In this document: one piece after another, positions 48,701 to 60,700 of the stretch
Position numbering within the stretch: position 1 is the first letter of the stretch
Layout of the letters: the number at the start of each line of letters is the position of its first letter
From: Harriotta raleighana
Taxonomy: Eukaryota
Assembly (NCBI GenBank): GCA_050575255.1
Contig: JBNZDD010013718.1
Coordinates: forward strand, 8,486,579 to 8,550,578
DNA length: 64,000 nt
Reading direction: 5' to 3'
The notes under the pieces: model-generated
The model's database searches: none
What the model was told of the DNA's origin: nothing
What the model saw: only the letters and a program-made list of their open reading frames with translations
Program-made: the position numbers and the translations under genes

Positions 48701-51700
48701 CCCTACCACCCCCCCCACTACCCCACACCACCACCCCGCCCCTTCCCCATCACCACCCCACATCACCACCCCGCTCCTACCCCCCCACCACCACCCCATT
48801 CCACCACCCCACCCCTACCCCCCACCACCACCCCACCCCTACCCTCCACCACCACCCCACCCCTACCCCCCACCACCAATACAGATTCCTCACAAAGCCG
48901 AGATGCAGGGCAGCGTGACTCTTCACCTCGTGAGGTCCCCAGTTCAGGCTGGTCTGCTCTGGGACTATCTTACAAAGTACAATGGCCTTTGCACATCCTA
49001 TTTACTCCTGCAGTACTGGAAAAGTAAGTTTATTTATGTATATTTATGTTTGTTTTTCTTTGTGGCATTTGGATCAAAAGACTGTCTGTTTGAGCTGCCT
49101 CACCATGACTTGACTCAGACTGAGCTTTAGTGAGTGGGTATTAATGTTGTAAGTATTCATGTTGTGTCAGCGTGTAGACCTTTAGATTCTGTGTCTATCA
49201 CCTCTCTCTGTGTCTTTGTCAGATATAACATTGTGTTTAAGTACCTATTGAGTGTTCGGCGTGTTCAGGCTGAGCTTCAGCACTGCTGGGCTCTGCAGAT
49301 GCAGCGGAAACATCTCAAATCCAACAAGATTGTTGCCATCAAATGGAGATTGAGGAACCACATGACGTTTCTTGTGGATAACCTACAGTATTATTTACAG
49401 GTAACTGAGAGCTGAGAATAAATAATAGCATTGGTCAGTATTCATGCTCATGACATTTTCAGCTTCACCATTTTCAAATGGAAATTTTGGAAGCATTCAG
49501 ACAAGCTCATATCAGTGTAAATCAGCGTTTTTAGGTTTATAATAAAACAACTTGTCCAAGGTCTGTTACATGTTTAACCAACTTCCACGTTTATCACTGA
49601 ACCTATTTGTGGTATAAACTGTCCAGGCGTCCACTACACTCAAGAGTAATTCTTCTCAGCAATTAAGAGTTGTGACTGCTGTGAGGCAGGATGGACAAAG
49701 TCAGGATTTCCCTCAAGCCAATTACCAAGCTGAGAATGTCTAAATTCTGTCGTATATAAGTGGCAGATGGAAATGTTATGCAGCGATGAGGACACGTCAA
49801 GACTTGCAACCGCAGTGCTTTAGACTAGGTTTATTTAGATTACTTCAGGAAACCAGCAAGAATTTTTTATCTCATTATTTTCTTGTGTGTGTGTGTGTGG
49901 GTGGGTGGATGGAAGTTAAAACGGGTGTGGCGATTTCATCTCTTTTTCTGAGGTGTGTTCATTATTTCAAAGAAATTACTATTACAGGAATAACATCTGA
50001 GGAGACTGAGTTCAATTCGGTTCAAATGCAGTTTTGACTGACTGGATGAATGTCTCCTTGACTATAAGGGTCGTATATGAATTGAGTTTTGGGGCAGTTT
50101 CAATTATGTTTCTAGTGGATGTTGGATTCACAGCACAGATTGTCAATCTCACTCGGAGGTCACAAGCATGGGAGATGGCAAACATGGTGGAGGGGGGAGG
50201 CGTGAAGTGATCTGAGATCGTGGCTCACCTACACAGCTATGGCCATTATAATTTTTCTTTGATGCTGTAAGATGTTTCACCTCAAATATAGGGTTATTTT
50301 GTGATACAGTGAAATGCTGGTGGTGTCAAAATGTATTGCCTCACTTTATTTACACCCACTTTGGCAAAGTGATGGGATAAAATAGATAATAATAATAATA
50401 ATCCTTATATTTATATAGCGCTTTCCACATCTTATCGATGTCCCAAAGCGCTTTGATGCATCATTCATGGGTTTTTTGCTATCTCCTCAAGAATGAAAAG
50501 ATTCCTTGATGGTTGGATGGTACAAAGTCTTTTAAACGATGTGTGGGTTGAAGAGAAACGTCAAAGCTTCTTAAAAGAAACTGTTTCTCCCACACATTCA
50601 AACGCCTGATTCTGGCAAATGTTCAGTATGCCAAGTTTTGAAGAATGAAGACCCTACGTCAGAGGTGACGGCTTTGGGCCCTTTTTAAATCCCCCCAGAA
50701 TACAATTCTGTTCCCCTGTACTAGTGTATTAACTTAACATTTGTTCGTTGTAGTAGTTGAGATTGATAGATTTCTTATGGATAAAAGGATTAAGGGATTA
50801 TGAGGATAAGGCGGGCAGATGGAGTTAGAATAGATCAGCCATGATCTTATTGAATGGCAGGGCAGGCTCAAGGGGCCGAATGACCTACTCCTGCTCCTAA
50901 TTCTTATGTTCTTGTGTTCTTGAGCCTTTCTCTGTTCCCAGGGTTACACATTGTATTCTGAGGTGTATGCCTAATGTGTTTTTGTTTACTGTAATTTATT
51001 TAATTTAGTATTGTATAACCATTTTAAAAAAATTGGCTTACAGAAAAGTGTTGAATATAAAAATTCAACTTCAAACACTGTATGTGAAACACTTCAAATA
51101 CTATTGTGTTCACGTGTGTGGAATCATCTTGTGTGTGTTGAGTATATTGTGTGTTTACGTGCGCGTGTGTGTGTATAGTCTGTTTTTATTTGTGAGCTTG
51201 TCTTTGCATATACACATCTTTGAGTGTATGTGTTTATTGCCTCTCGAGACTGACTTAACCTTTTGGTTTCTACAACAATGTTGTGAATTAGAAATTGCTT
51301 CAAGAGAATTTTAATAGTCAAGTTGATTGGATGATCCATGTTTGGGACTCCAAGGCTGGATTTTAGAAGCTTTGAAATTCCAGACTTCCATCTGCTGAAG
51401 TTCTCTGTGTGGTTCCAGGTGGATGTCCTGGAATCTCAGTTCTCACAGCTACTCCAGCAGATCAATTCCACCCGAGATTTTGAAAGTATCCGACTGGCAC
51501 ACGATCACTTCCTGAGTAATCTCCTGGCTCAATCGTTTATCCTCCTCAAACCAGTAAGTCTCTCTTAATTTTTTTTAGAGAGAGAAAAGCATGGGTAATG
51601 ATAACCTAAAATGTAAACACCGCTGATGTGAACTCAATCACTAATGTCCTACTGATTGCTTCCTATCTTCTAGGTGTTTCATTGTCTGAATGAGATCCTT

Positions 51701-52864
51701 GAATTATGCCATAACTTCTGTTCCCTTGTAAGTCAGAACCTGGGACCGCTGGATGATCGAGGTGCATCACAGTTGCATCTTCTTGTGAAGGTAGGCTGGC
51801 CAACTGGAATTTTCTGTTTCTTAGTCGTTCAGGAATAGATACAAGCATTGGAATATGACTACTTGTAGTTGAACAAGAGTTTTAAAATATTACCTCCCGT
51901 CTGAGGGAATGTGGGAGGAATGTCCTCCCGATGTGAGAGGCGCTCTATAAATGTAATTTGTTTTGTTGTATTGTTAAAGACAATGTCTTTCAGTCACTTC
52001 CCTGCAGTGTGAACAATCACTACACTTTACGAACTATCCTGTTCAGATGTCCTTCCCATATGATAGGTGCTATTATGAATTGCAAGGATTATTACTTATA
52101 TTAGAATTCTTGCCTGCCTGCCAATCCTGTTATGTTGCATGATAAAGATCCCACAAAATACTGTTTGTGAATAGAGCATGCAGTTTCTCCAAGTGTCATG
52201 GCTAATATTCCTCCTTCATCCAATCTCACCAACCTCTTCCCCTTACACTTTTCTCTAATTTGGCTTTTCTCTAATTACTTTGTAGGAACTGTCCTGGTGA
52301 TTAGCTGCTGTTTCTCCACTGAACAACATCATAATGTCTGCCTTTAGTACTAATTATTTTTCTATTTCTATCCAATGTTGTCTTTTTTTCCCTTCTGAAT
52401 TTAATTCTGTGTAACTTCCTGGGAGTAAGTTTTTATAAAAAAAACTTGCCTATGTGCCTTTGTGTTGTCACAGCGCTAACTACATTACTATTACTGGCGT
52501 TTAGGGCTTCAGCCGTCAATCATCACTTCTTTTCAAGATCCTGTCCAGTGTTCGGAATCACCAGATTAACTCTGACCTGGCCCAGCTTCTACTGAGACTA
52601 GACTATAACAAATACTACACACAGGCTGGAGGCACTCTGGGAAGGTAAGGGAACAACGCCCTGTGGTTTATGCATCTGGGATCAAATAAGGGTGCTTGTT
52701 TGTCTTGCATCTCTAGTGTGGGAAATGCTAAGCATTCAGATGCACACAGCAGCTCAGAGAATGGGGGTATGGGGGAGGGACAAGTAAGTGTGATATTACC
52801 ACATCTACCCTTATAAATTGTCTTCCTCAAATAAATGTTGTCTTGTTTCAGTTTCAGCATTTGA
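36570..52864 (+). CDS. TUBGCP4: Gamma-tubulin complex component 4, 18 exons, 667 aa
   Basis: Exons 36570-36647, 37910-38038, 38742-38864, 39361-39414, 41035-41091, 42546-42625, 43361-43565, 45144-45309, 46038-46162, 46675-46725, 47102-47207, 48076-48183, 48885-49023, 49223-49400, 51419-51553, 51674-51790, 52505-52644, 52852-52864. All are GT-AG with compatible phases, 2004 nt in total. The protein starts MIHELLLALSGYPGS, contains LVDNLQYYLQVDVLESQF and ends LLLRLDYNKYYTQAGGTLGSFSI*. Confidence 0.97.
36975..37400 (-). mobile_element. L2 3' fragment in TUBGCP4 intron 1 containing a minisatellite and a foreign insertion
   Basis: SFKTCLKTFLFNRAF motif and the L2 tail. Similar L2 3' ends lie at about 16180-16410, 19220-19400, 26150-26310 and 63305-63460. 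Confidence 0.75.
37171..37269 (+). repeat. 19-bp G-rich minisatellite, about 5 copies
   Basis: Unit AGGCAGAGGGTAGGGGGCG. Confidence 0.85.
40650..40814 (+). mobile_element. 3' half of the SINE in TUBGCP4 intron 4
   Basis: gtttgtgggacactgctgtgtgcaattggctgc ... atcaaatgcaaggattattattat. Further tail-only copies lie at about 24995-25108, 36860-36970, 39630-39705, 41915-41980, 43235-43338, 46460-46540 and 50388-50455 (minus). Confidence 0.8.
45374..45688 (-). mobile_element. SINE with intact Pol III A and B boxes in TUBGCP4 intron 8
   Basis: Minus strand: A box TGGCTCAGTGG (45679-45669), B box GTTCGAATCC (45635-45626), Deu core and (TTA)n tail. Confidence 0.85.
47290..47855 (+). mobile_element. 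Degraded L2 ORF2 fragment in TUBGCP4 intron 11
   Basis: gcagaagcccttgtgcatgcgtttatcacctcccgcctggattac (AEALVHAFITSRLDY) and ctccactggctc (LHWL), with stop codons. Confidence 0.85.
48670..48878 (+). repeat. C-rich (CCA/CCCCA) low-complexity tract directly upstream of TUBGCP4 exon 13
   Basis: About 200 nt of ccccaccaccaccccacccctacc-like units. Confidence 0.85.
50758..50922 (+). mobile_element. CR1-type LINE 3' end
   Basis: gatcagccatgatcttattgaatggcagggcaggctcaaggggccgaatgacctactcctgctcctaattcttatgttctt, with a short terminal repeat. Similar remnants lie at about 17840-18070, 21045-21230 and 60390-60615. Confidence 0.7.
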
Positions 52865-54196
52865 ATGGCACGAGAAGATCACACATACTCTAGCTGAGCT
52901 GGTATGTATGTAGCTGCCTGCTGCAAATAGTGTTTTGAGGTGTTACATGGATCTTCCAGGCATCCCCAATGACACAAGCTCTCGGCCAGCTGGACTGAAG
53001 ATTAATAGTGGAGACTATAAGTTTCAGCTTTCAGTGATTGTCAGTCCTGGCTTTGGTCTCTATATTAAGAACATGAACTGAATCAGGTGTATTGAAGTCT
53101 TGAATGCTACTGCACGTTATCTGCATGTTACCAGATATACATATACAATAACTTGGATTTATATAGCGCCCTGCATGCCGGATGGTGTCTCAGAGCGCTT
53201 AACAATAGTGGATCCCGGTACCGAGCCAGGGGGAGGGGTAGAAAGGTGACCAAAGGCGTGGTCAAAGAGAAATATACATACATTGTAGTTTGATCAGACT
53301 TTAATGCTGAGCCTTACCAATGCTCATTTTTTAAACAAAAGTCACAGGATCAATTGGAGGCTATAAATCTCTTTTGTGACATCAGTGGATGGAGTTTTGT
53401 TTGTTTTGAACAATTTTATCTAAAAAAAATTCAGTGTTGTAGTTTGAAAATATTGTGGATAGCAGTTGACCAAAAAGCTCTAGGTTTGGATTCTGTCATG
53501 TCCTAGAANGAGTTTTGTTTGTTTTGAACAATTTTATCTAAAAAAAATTCAGTGTTGTACAGTTTGAAAATATTGTGGATAGCAAAGTTGACCAAAAAGC
53601 TCTAGGTTTGGATTCTGTCATGTCCTAGAACCTCTTGAGATTAATGAGGACACTAACATGTGAATGGGTTTGAACTGGTTCAAAACAACTCTATTGCAGT
53701 AATTCAAGGCAATAGAAGTGGTTGACCAGCCCGTTTGACTCTGCAATGAGACTTCCAACATGTTAAGAGACACACAGCCCAAAGACCATAAGTCAAAGCC
53801 CTATCGAAGAGATGTGCTGGCTGGACAAATATTTTGTGTTTTATACAAGTAAGCTGTACAGTTGTACCTTTACCTAATCCTCCCAACATGAAATGCGCTC
53901 TATAAATGTAATTTAGTGGTTGTTGATCCGTGTTTTCCATTTACTCCATAGACTCCTAAACAGCCATGCAGTTACTTTGATTGCCCCTATTAGTCTCTGC
54001 CACTTTCTCACTGGGCTCCCAGATTTGGTGGTTTTCCCAGTTTCATTTTAACAGCCACCAAGGGGTTTGTGCAGGTGTTAAATACTTCTCACCTCACCTG
54101 CTGCTCACCAGTACATCCCAACAGAAACTGCACAATGTAATTACAACTAATGTTGTGAATGTTAAAACTACACACCCTAAAGCAAAAAAGAGAAAG

Positions 54197-54252
54197 AATA
54201 AAAAAGTTGACATTTATTTGGAAATATTTAAACAATGCTTTTTTATTTTATT
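54197..54252. terminator. Cluster of opposite-strand poly(A) signals between TUBGCP4 and TP53BP1
   Basis: Plus-strand AATAAA at 54197-54202; minus-strand AATAAA (tttatt) at 54213-54218, 54242-54247 and 54247-54252. Confidence 0.5.
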
Positions 54253-54770
54253 TGTGTACTTCCACAATTTTTTTTTCTCTCTCCTCGCTGTTTTATCCTT
54301 CCAAGTTGTGTTTCTCAAAGTTCTGGCACAAAAGCATTGATGTTGCAGTTCAGACGAGAACAAGCTCCCAGAACAAGTTCTAATACAAAGAACAGCCGGT
54401 GGCATTCCACCCCAGCTTTACACAGCAATAAACAGGTCACGACACAGATCCTGCCACACACTGCAACCAACCGCTCAGATAAACCACGTGTAATGTTACC
54501 AAAATGAAACAGCCAATTTAAAAAAGGGGGATTTTGTTTTTATTTAAAACCACTCTGGAGAGAAAAGAGAGATCGAGAGATAGAGAGAGGGTGGTGAAAA
54601 GGCATGGACCAACCGGTAAAACGATTTGTGTTTTAATAAAAATCCAAACGATAAAACTATTTACATTTTCATACATGCAAGTTACAAACACAAGACCATT
54701 AAAAGCGTCTAAAATGCACGATGACCCCACCCATCCAACCACCCCCCCCCACCCCGCTGCCGCCACACTT

Positions 54771-57700
54771 TTAGCTGGATGTGTAGGTGTGTTTGTATTT
54801 GGGGTGCTGATGGTAGCCAACCTTCACTCCCACTATCAGGCACTGGATAACCCACTCCTGAGACACCACAGGGAGGGCGAGCGACTCCGCGCACTTCAGC
54901 AGTGAGTTTGGGCAGGAAGTGTCCGTTACCACCAGGTCAAAGATTCCTAGGGGAATATCTGAAATAAACACAAACATTTAATACACTTCATCACCTTGAA
55001 ACATCACAAAGCTTTTCACACTGAGCCACTTTGATGTGCAGGAGGCAAATGCAGTAGTTAAAACACCGCAATGTCATCTTGGTTCCTCACACATCACAAT
55101 ATGTGCGCGCATCATCAAGGAAAGAATGACTGTTTTTATGAAGGTTGGTTGAGGGAGGAACATCAGCTGGAAACCACAAGAGAAAGAATCTTCCCTCCTT
55201 GCTCCTCCAAATGGCATCCACCTGAACTACTAGAACAAGAGGCAGAGGCTAGGTTTAATGCCTCATCCAAAGGATAGCATCTCACACACTACAGTGTTTC
55301 GCAAAGGGATGAGGAAAATCAAAACAAGTGAATAATAAAGACAACATCACACATCACTCAATCTTTTGAGTGAGTCTGATAATTAAGTGAACCAGCATTT
55401 ACACTGCACTCAGGGTGATGCGAAAATCTTCATACCCACCTATCGATGTGGATAGAAAGATAGAGGTCTATGGGTGGAAGTTGGTCAGGTTTAGAGAGTG
55501 GGATCGCTGGGGTTTTGGGTTGAATCTATTAAGATATAGGCGACTGTGGATGACACTGATTTCAAGAGAGTGGTAATATGCAGAGCAGCGGTTCCTCTCT
55601 ATATCCCTCCCTCTCACTAAATGCCTTAGTGCTTACCCTTGTTTTGTGCTGTTGAATCATGTTGCCGCACTGAGGCTGCTCCTGCCATCATCAGAATCTC
55701 CGACCATAGGTTCAGAAAGTTCTCCCGCTGATCTGAAACGAGCAACACTTTCATATTCCTGAACGGAGTCGTCTGAGCGTGCCTGGAGAAAAAGGGGGCG
55801 ACAGACAGGACAGGGAACAGATGGGGAAGGGGGAGGAGACATATGGGGTGGGGAGGAATAGGGTCGGAAGATTTGTGAAAAGGTTAAATTATTTTTCCGC
55901 AAGCTCAGAAATTTATGATCCTGGCTTTGACAATCCCATCTGAGCGAAATTTGCAACATATGAGGAAAAAATTTCAGACTGGATGAAATCTCCCAATTCC
56001 TCTCAGCTTTGTTCATCGCTCCTCAAAGAAACAATTTTTTTCAGCAAACAACCGGGTCACTAAAACAACTCCACGAGACGCCTCCTCGAATCGCACTCCC
56101 ACCCACTGCTCCCTCTGCCCATTAACATTCCTCTCTTTGAAAACCACGGTCTTAAATTTGAAGAACACATACAACATTCAGGGTAAGCACCAGAACACAA
56201 TGAGGGCTGAGCCTGCCCAGGGCGTTTGTGACGTTCGGATGTTTTGGGAGCGCAGAGCCCAGTTCTCACCATTCCAGGATTCGGTTTTCCTCCAAGCTGT
56301 ATCCAGCTGGCAGCAAGTAATTTGTGTAAGGCTGCAATTGGTTTGACAGACAAATGTCCCGCACCCACTGGTTAGACACACAAGGAATTCCGCCAGCTAA
56401 GCACAGGAAGTACTTCTGTGTTCGGCAGTGCTGGTCTGCGATCAGCAAGCACTGGAATGCAGCTTTGCACTGCAGAGAGAGACAGGTTAAAGATCAGATC
56501 AGCAAATGCACCCAAACTGTAACACAAAAATTGATTATAAAAAATACCTTAATACAAATGAGTTCCATGGATTTAAATCTGTCCCCTCGACTGAGGGCAG
56601 TTTCAAATTAGATGACGATTTGATAGGAACTGGTTACCCTCCACTAATGGCCCATTTACCCCCAATGTGATCAACTCACTCAGCACAGATTAAGGTTGGA
56701 AAGTTCGACGCTGATTAGTACCGCAAATGCTGTTAACCAGTATATTGGTTAGCTTCGCTATAAACTGCCAACACTCACACGATCCACACTTCTTTGCAAC
56801 ACAAATAGACTGCAGTTGTCAACTTCTCATCTGTTGAGCTCGCATTGTATTTTGGAGCATCGAGAACAGACCCAATAGCTCCCTCCCCTTACAAAGAGGA
56901 TTTGACACCGACATACCTGCGCCTCGTTGAAATCCTGCAGGATGTAGCCACCCCCAGCTTGGAGCTGTGCCTCTGTGTAACACTTGTTATACACTGCCGT
57001 TTCCACGTACTCTGCTGAAACAAAAGCAACTGTTGTCAAGAAGACATTTGTAACATCGCCCGCTGTTATTCCCAGCCGGGTTTAAAAACAGGCAACAGCA
57101 CCATTCAGAGCATACGCTTGGATGTGCAAAGCTGCAGCACTTACCTGGAGGACATGCATAAAAGGGCAAAGCCACAGCACCACCTGAAGGATATGCATGG
57201 AGTTGCACAACTATACAACCTGCTTTGTTATGGGAAACGGGAGCCTCCACCCCTTGTACACCTGCCCCCCTTACTTACCCTCCTCTTCGCCACTGGCACT
57301 TTCGTCCCTCGGAGATCCTTTATTTGTCCGTTTGTCCGCCTCGGTGGCCGCAGTCAGGATGAAGGCGTAGCCCACAAAGAGCGTGGAGCTCTTGGGCATT
57401 GGGCCGTGTTGGACTTCCAAACGGGAGCACTCGTCAGCTGAGAACCCTCCCTCCGAGGGACTGGCAAACTCACAGGTTTTGGCTGAAATCAGGAAACTGC
57501 AGTAGTTATTTTGCGTCTCTCCCAGTGCTGGGGAGTCTGCTCCTCCAGACCAGAAATTGGTTACATTTCATTCAATGTATGTGTGGGACAGTTACTGATC
57601 AGATAAACTCTGCAGTTAAACATATGAAATGCTTGAGACATCTTAAATCCGTGCAACAAGTATGGTTTTATCATCCTCCCCACTGTTTGTTTCTTGCTGG

Positions 57701-60700
57701 TTGGCAACGGAATGGCACCAGGCAGCAGAAGCCCAGGGCCAGGCGTAGGTGGCGCTGGATGGACAGCAGTTTTGCTCTGAACTTAATCCATGCTGTACCT
57801 GCCATACTGTACCTGGATACTGACACTGGGCACTTGAATGGAGAGACATTTGCAAATTGAATGCACATCCTTTTGAGATATTTTGATATTACAATGCACC
57901 ATTAAAAGGTTAGTTTCTGGGTAGGGCGAAACCAAATTTAAGCAAATTTCCATATGCATCTGTTGAACCAGCAGTAAGTAGTGTACTAGGTTCAATTACC
58001 AGGTTGGGTGAATCCTTAGGCACACGCCTCTGTTTACCAAGCAGTAGCTAGGAACCAGGATGTAAATCAATTGGTGGATCGCTTTCTGGAGGTAATTTCT
58101 ACCTCCATTAAAAAAAAAAGTCACTCAATCTCCGACTGTTCACGGGACATCGCTGTGCGCTGGCTGCGGTTTTTCCCAAAACATACAGTCAATCCACTTT
58201 ACAATATATTCTGTGAATTGCTTTGAGACATCTCAAAAACATGCTAAGGTGCTGTATTGAATGCAAGGATTATTATTGTTGTTACAGTTAAGTTTTTTCC
58301 GTTCGGGCATTTACCCAATTTTGCAGCCGGTCTGCGTCCGCGTTTCATAGAAGATCTCTCCTCATCCGAGCTGATGAGCTTCCTCTTGCCGGAGACGCTG
58401 GTGCCTCTCGGAGTGTCTGCCTGCTTCTTGGTTGGGGTGGTGCTGCTGGCATTGGAGCGTCGCTTCCGTTTCCCCTCCACCAAGTTGTCTATAAATCCCA
58501 GAAGGTGATGGTTGTTAGGACAGCTTAGAAGACAGACATTGCACATTTACACATATCCCAAACTGCATATATACACACACATATTGTGCACTCTCTCCCC
58601 TGCCTGATAACACATATAGCACAGCTCCCTCTGATATACGAGCAGTGTGACAAAGACACTGTGGTGTTGACTGGGGCAGTGTAGAGGGAGGGAGCTGTTT
58701 GATGCAGACTATGGTGGGGTGGGAGAAGAAGAGAGAAGAATTAGAAAGAAAGGATACATCACAATCACAACCGTCTTACATGGACAAGCTCCCCACCTCC
58801 GCCCCTCTCCCAGTGAAGGTCTTACCCAGGCTGATGTCGGCAGCCATGGTGAGGGGGGTGGTGGGCTCGCAGGGGTCCAGGCCGAACTGCTCTCGGAGTC
58901 GGTTTCCCTGCTCTAACGACAGGATGACTGCCATCCGCTTGTACCACGTGCGCTGCCCGTCTTTCTCGATGCAGTAATGGAACTCGTCAGCCTCCATCCG
59001 GTGCGCTTTCACAATCCCTGCAGAGGAACATTCACAGCTCGTCAGATCCCTACTAAACCCAACCTCCCACCCCACCACCATCCACCACCACCCCCCCACC
59101 TACTTAGCCCCTCTCTTCTCCGAGAGAGGATGCTTTGTTCTCTCCGATTCCCTCCTTCTCTCATCCCCCACCTTTTCCTGAAGATGCCAATCCTGCAGGT
59201 GCATTCCTCTGGATGATCCCGGACAATTTTTTTTTTAAGGAGTGAGAATTGTAGTAGATCCACTTCTCTCACTCCCTCCTCCTCCACGCACGAGTCTCCT
59301 GGAGCCCTGACTATTGTCTGGGCTGAGATCAGTCAAACCACCCAACGTGATCAACACGAGGTCAGCAGCACCCCCCAGTGGCACAGCTCTGCCACATCAG
59401 CTGAAGCAATCAGTTTGGCACCCCCAAGCCTTACAGTGAGTGAAGCCACAGCTTACTTACTATGGACAAGGCACTGATAGGAAGTCGCCGCTGTGAGGCA
59501 GACACAGTATGAGCGAGGCAACCACAGACTGCACTCATCTAGCGCCTTTCATAAGGGGGGAGAGGTTCAAAGCTCTTTAACAGAGGCTTTTTAATGGGCT
59601 TGTTTGCATTCCGAGTGTATTTCATCAACAAAATTACTTTGTAATAGTGCCTTTCACTTTGCGGACAGCAAACAAACAGTTAAATCGGTGCAAGACCAAA
59701 ACACTGCACAATACAAAGCACCGTTCAGGTTACAAAGAGGTCTCAGAGCTTTCGAAGACTGAAGGGAAGGAAGCTTTTACCGGCGCTGAAGTACTCGTCG
59801 TCGGACAGAGCGGTGACCTCGGTCTCCACGGGGATGGGGTCACACAGGAGGATGTCCTTGCCCAGCACGTCGCACTCGTAGCCATCGTCAAATAGCACCT
59901 TGTACTTGCCGTCCCCGGCGTCCCGGGTGATGGTCCCCGAGTAGAAGTAGCCATTGGAGGACCACTTGGCCACCACCCGCAGCCCCACGAAGCTGCTGCT
60001 CTGGGAGGCGGACATCCCTGCCGAGACTTGCTGCGTCCCAGCAGCGGCTGGCAGCGGGTATTCCGGGGATCTGGAACGCCGGGGGTTGGGTGAGGAGAGG
60101 CCGGGTCGCTCGGCTGGGCCGGTGGGGCGTGCGGCAATGCGGGTGTATGGCTCCTCCTCGGGGGAGGGGGTACTGGATTGGTGGTCTCCCGAGCCCTGTG
60201 TTGACATCTGCATCATTTCCCTGAGGGGCAAACAGCCACGGTGAGAGAGAGCGCATCCCGGAACCCCAGCCAAACTGGAGGATTGCTCGGAGAAGACAAC
60301 AGCTATAAAACAGTCATAGTTTCAATCAATCATTTGCTATATTAACTGTGTTAATTATCATCTCTAAATTAGAGTTAGGCCATTTTAGGAGTGAAATCAA
60401 GAAGCAGTTTATTCCCATCCCCTCCCACCCCCATTACAAATGTACAGTGGAAATCTAGAACACTCTCCCCCAAAAGGGTGAGGTGGGTAGATTTCCGTTA
60501 CTCAAGGCCATCGAAAGATAAGGGGCAAAGGCAGGTGATTGGAGTTGAGCTACAAGTCAGTCATGATCCAATAGAATGGCGGAATAGACTCCAGGGGTTG
60601 AATGGCTGACTCCTGTTTAGTGTTGAAAGTGGCTGTAGAACGCCCTTGCTTTCAGTGTTAATAAACTCTTAACAATCAATCCGCCCTCCACCAGACTCAC

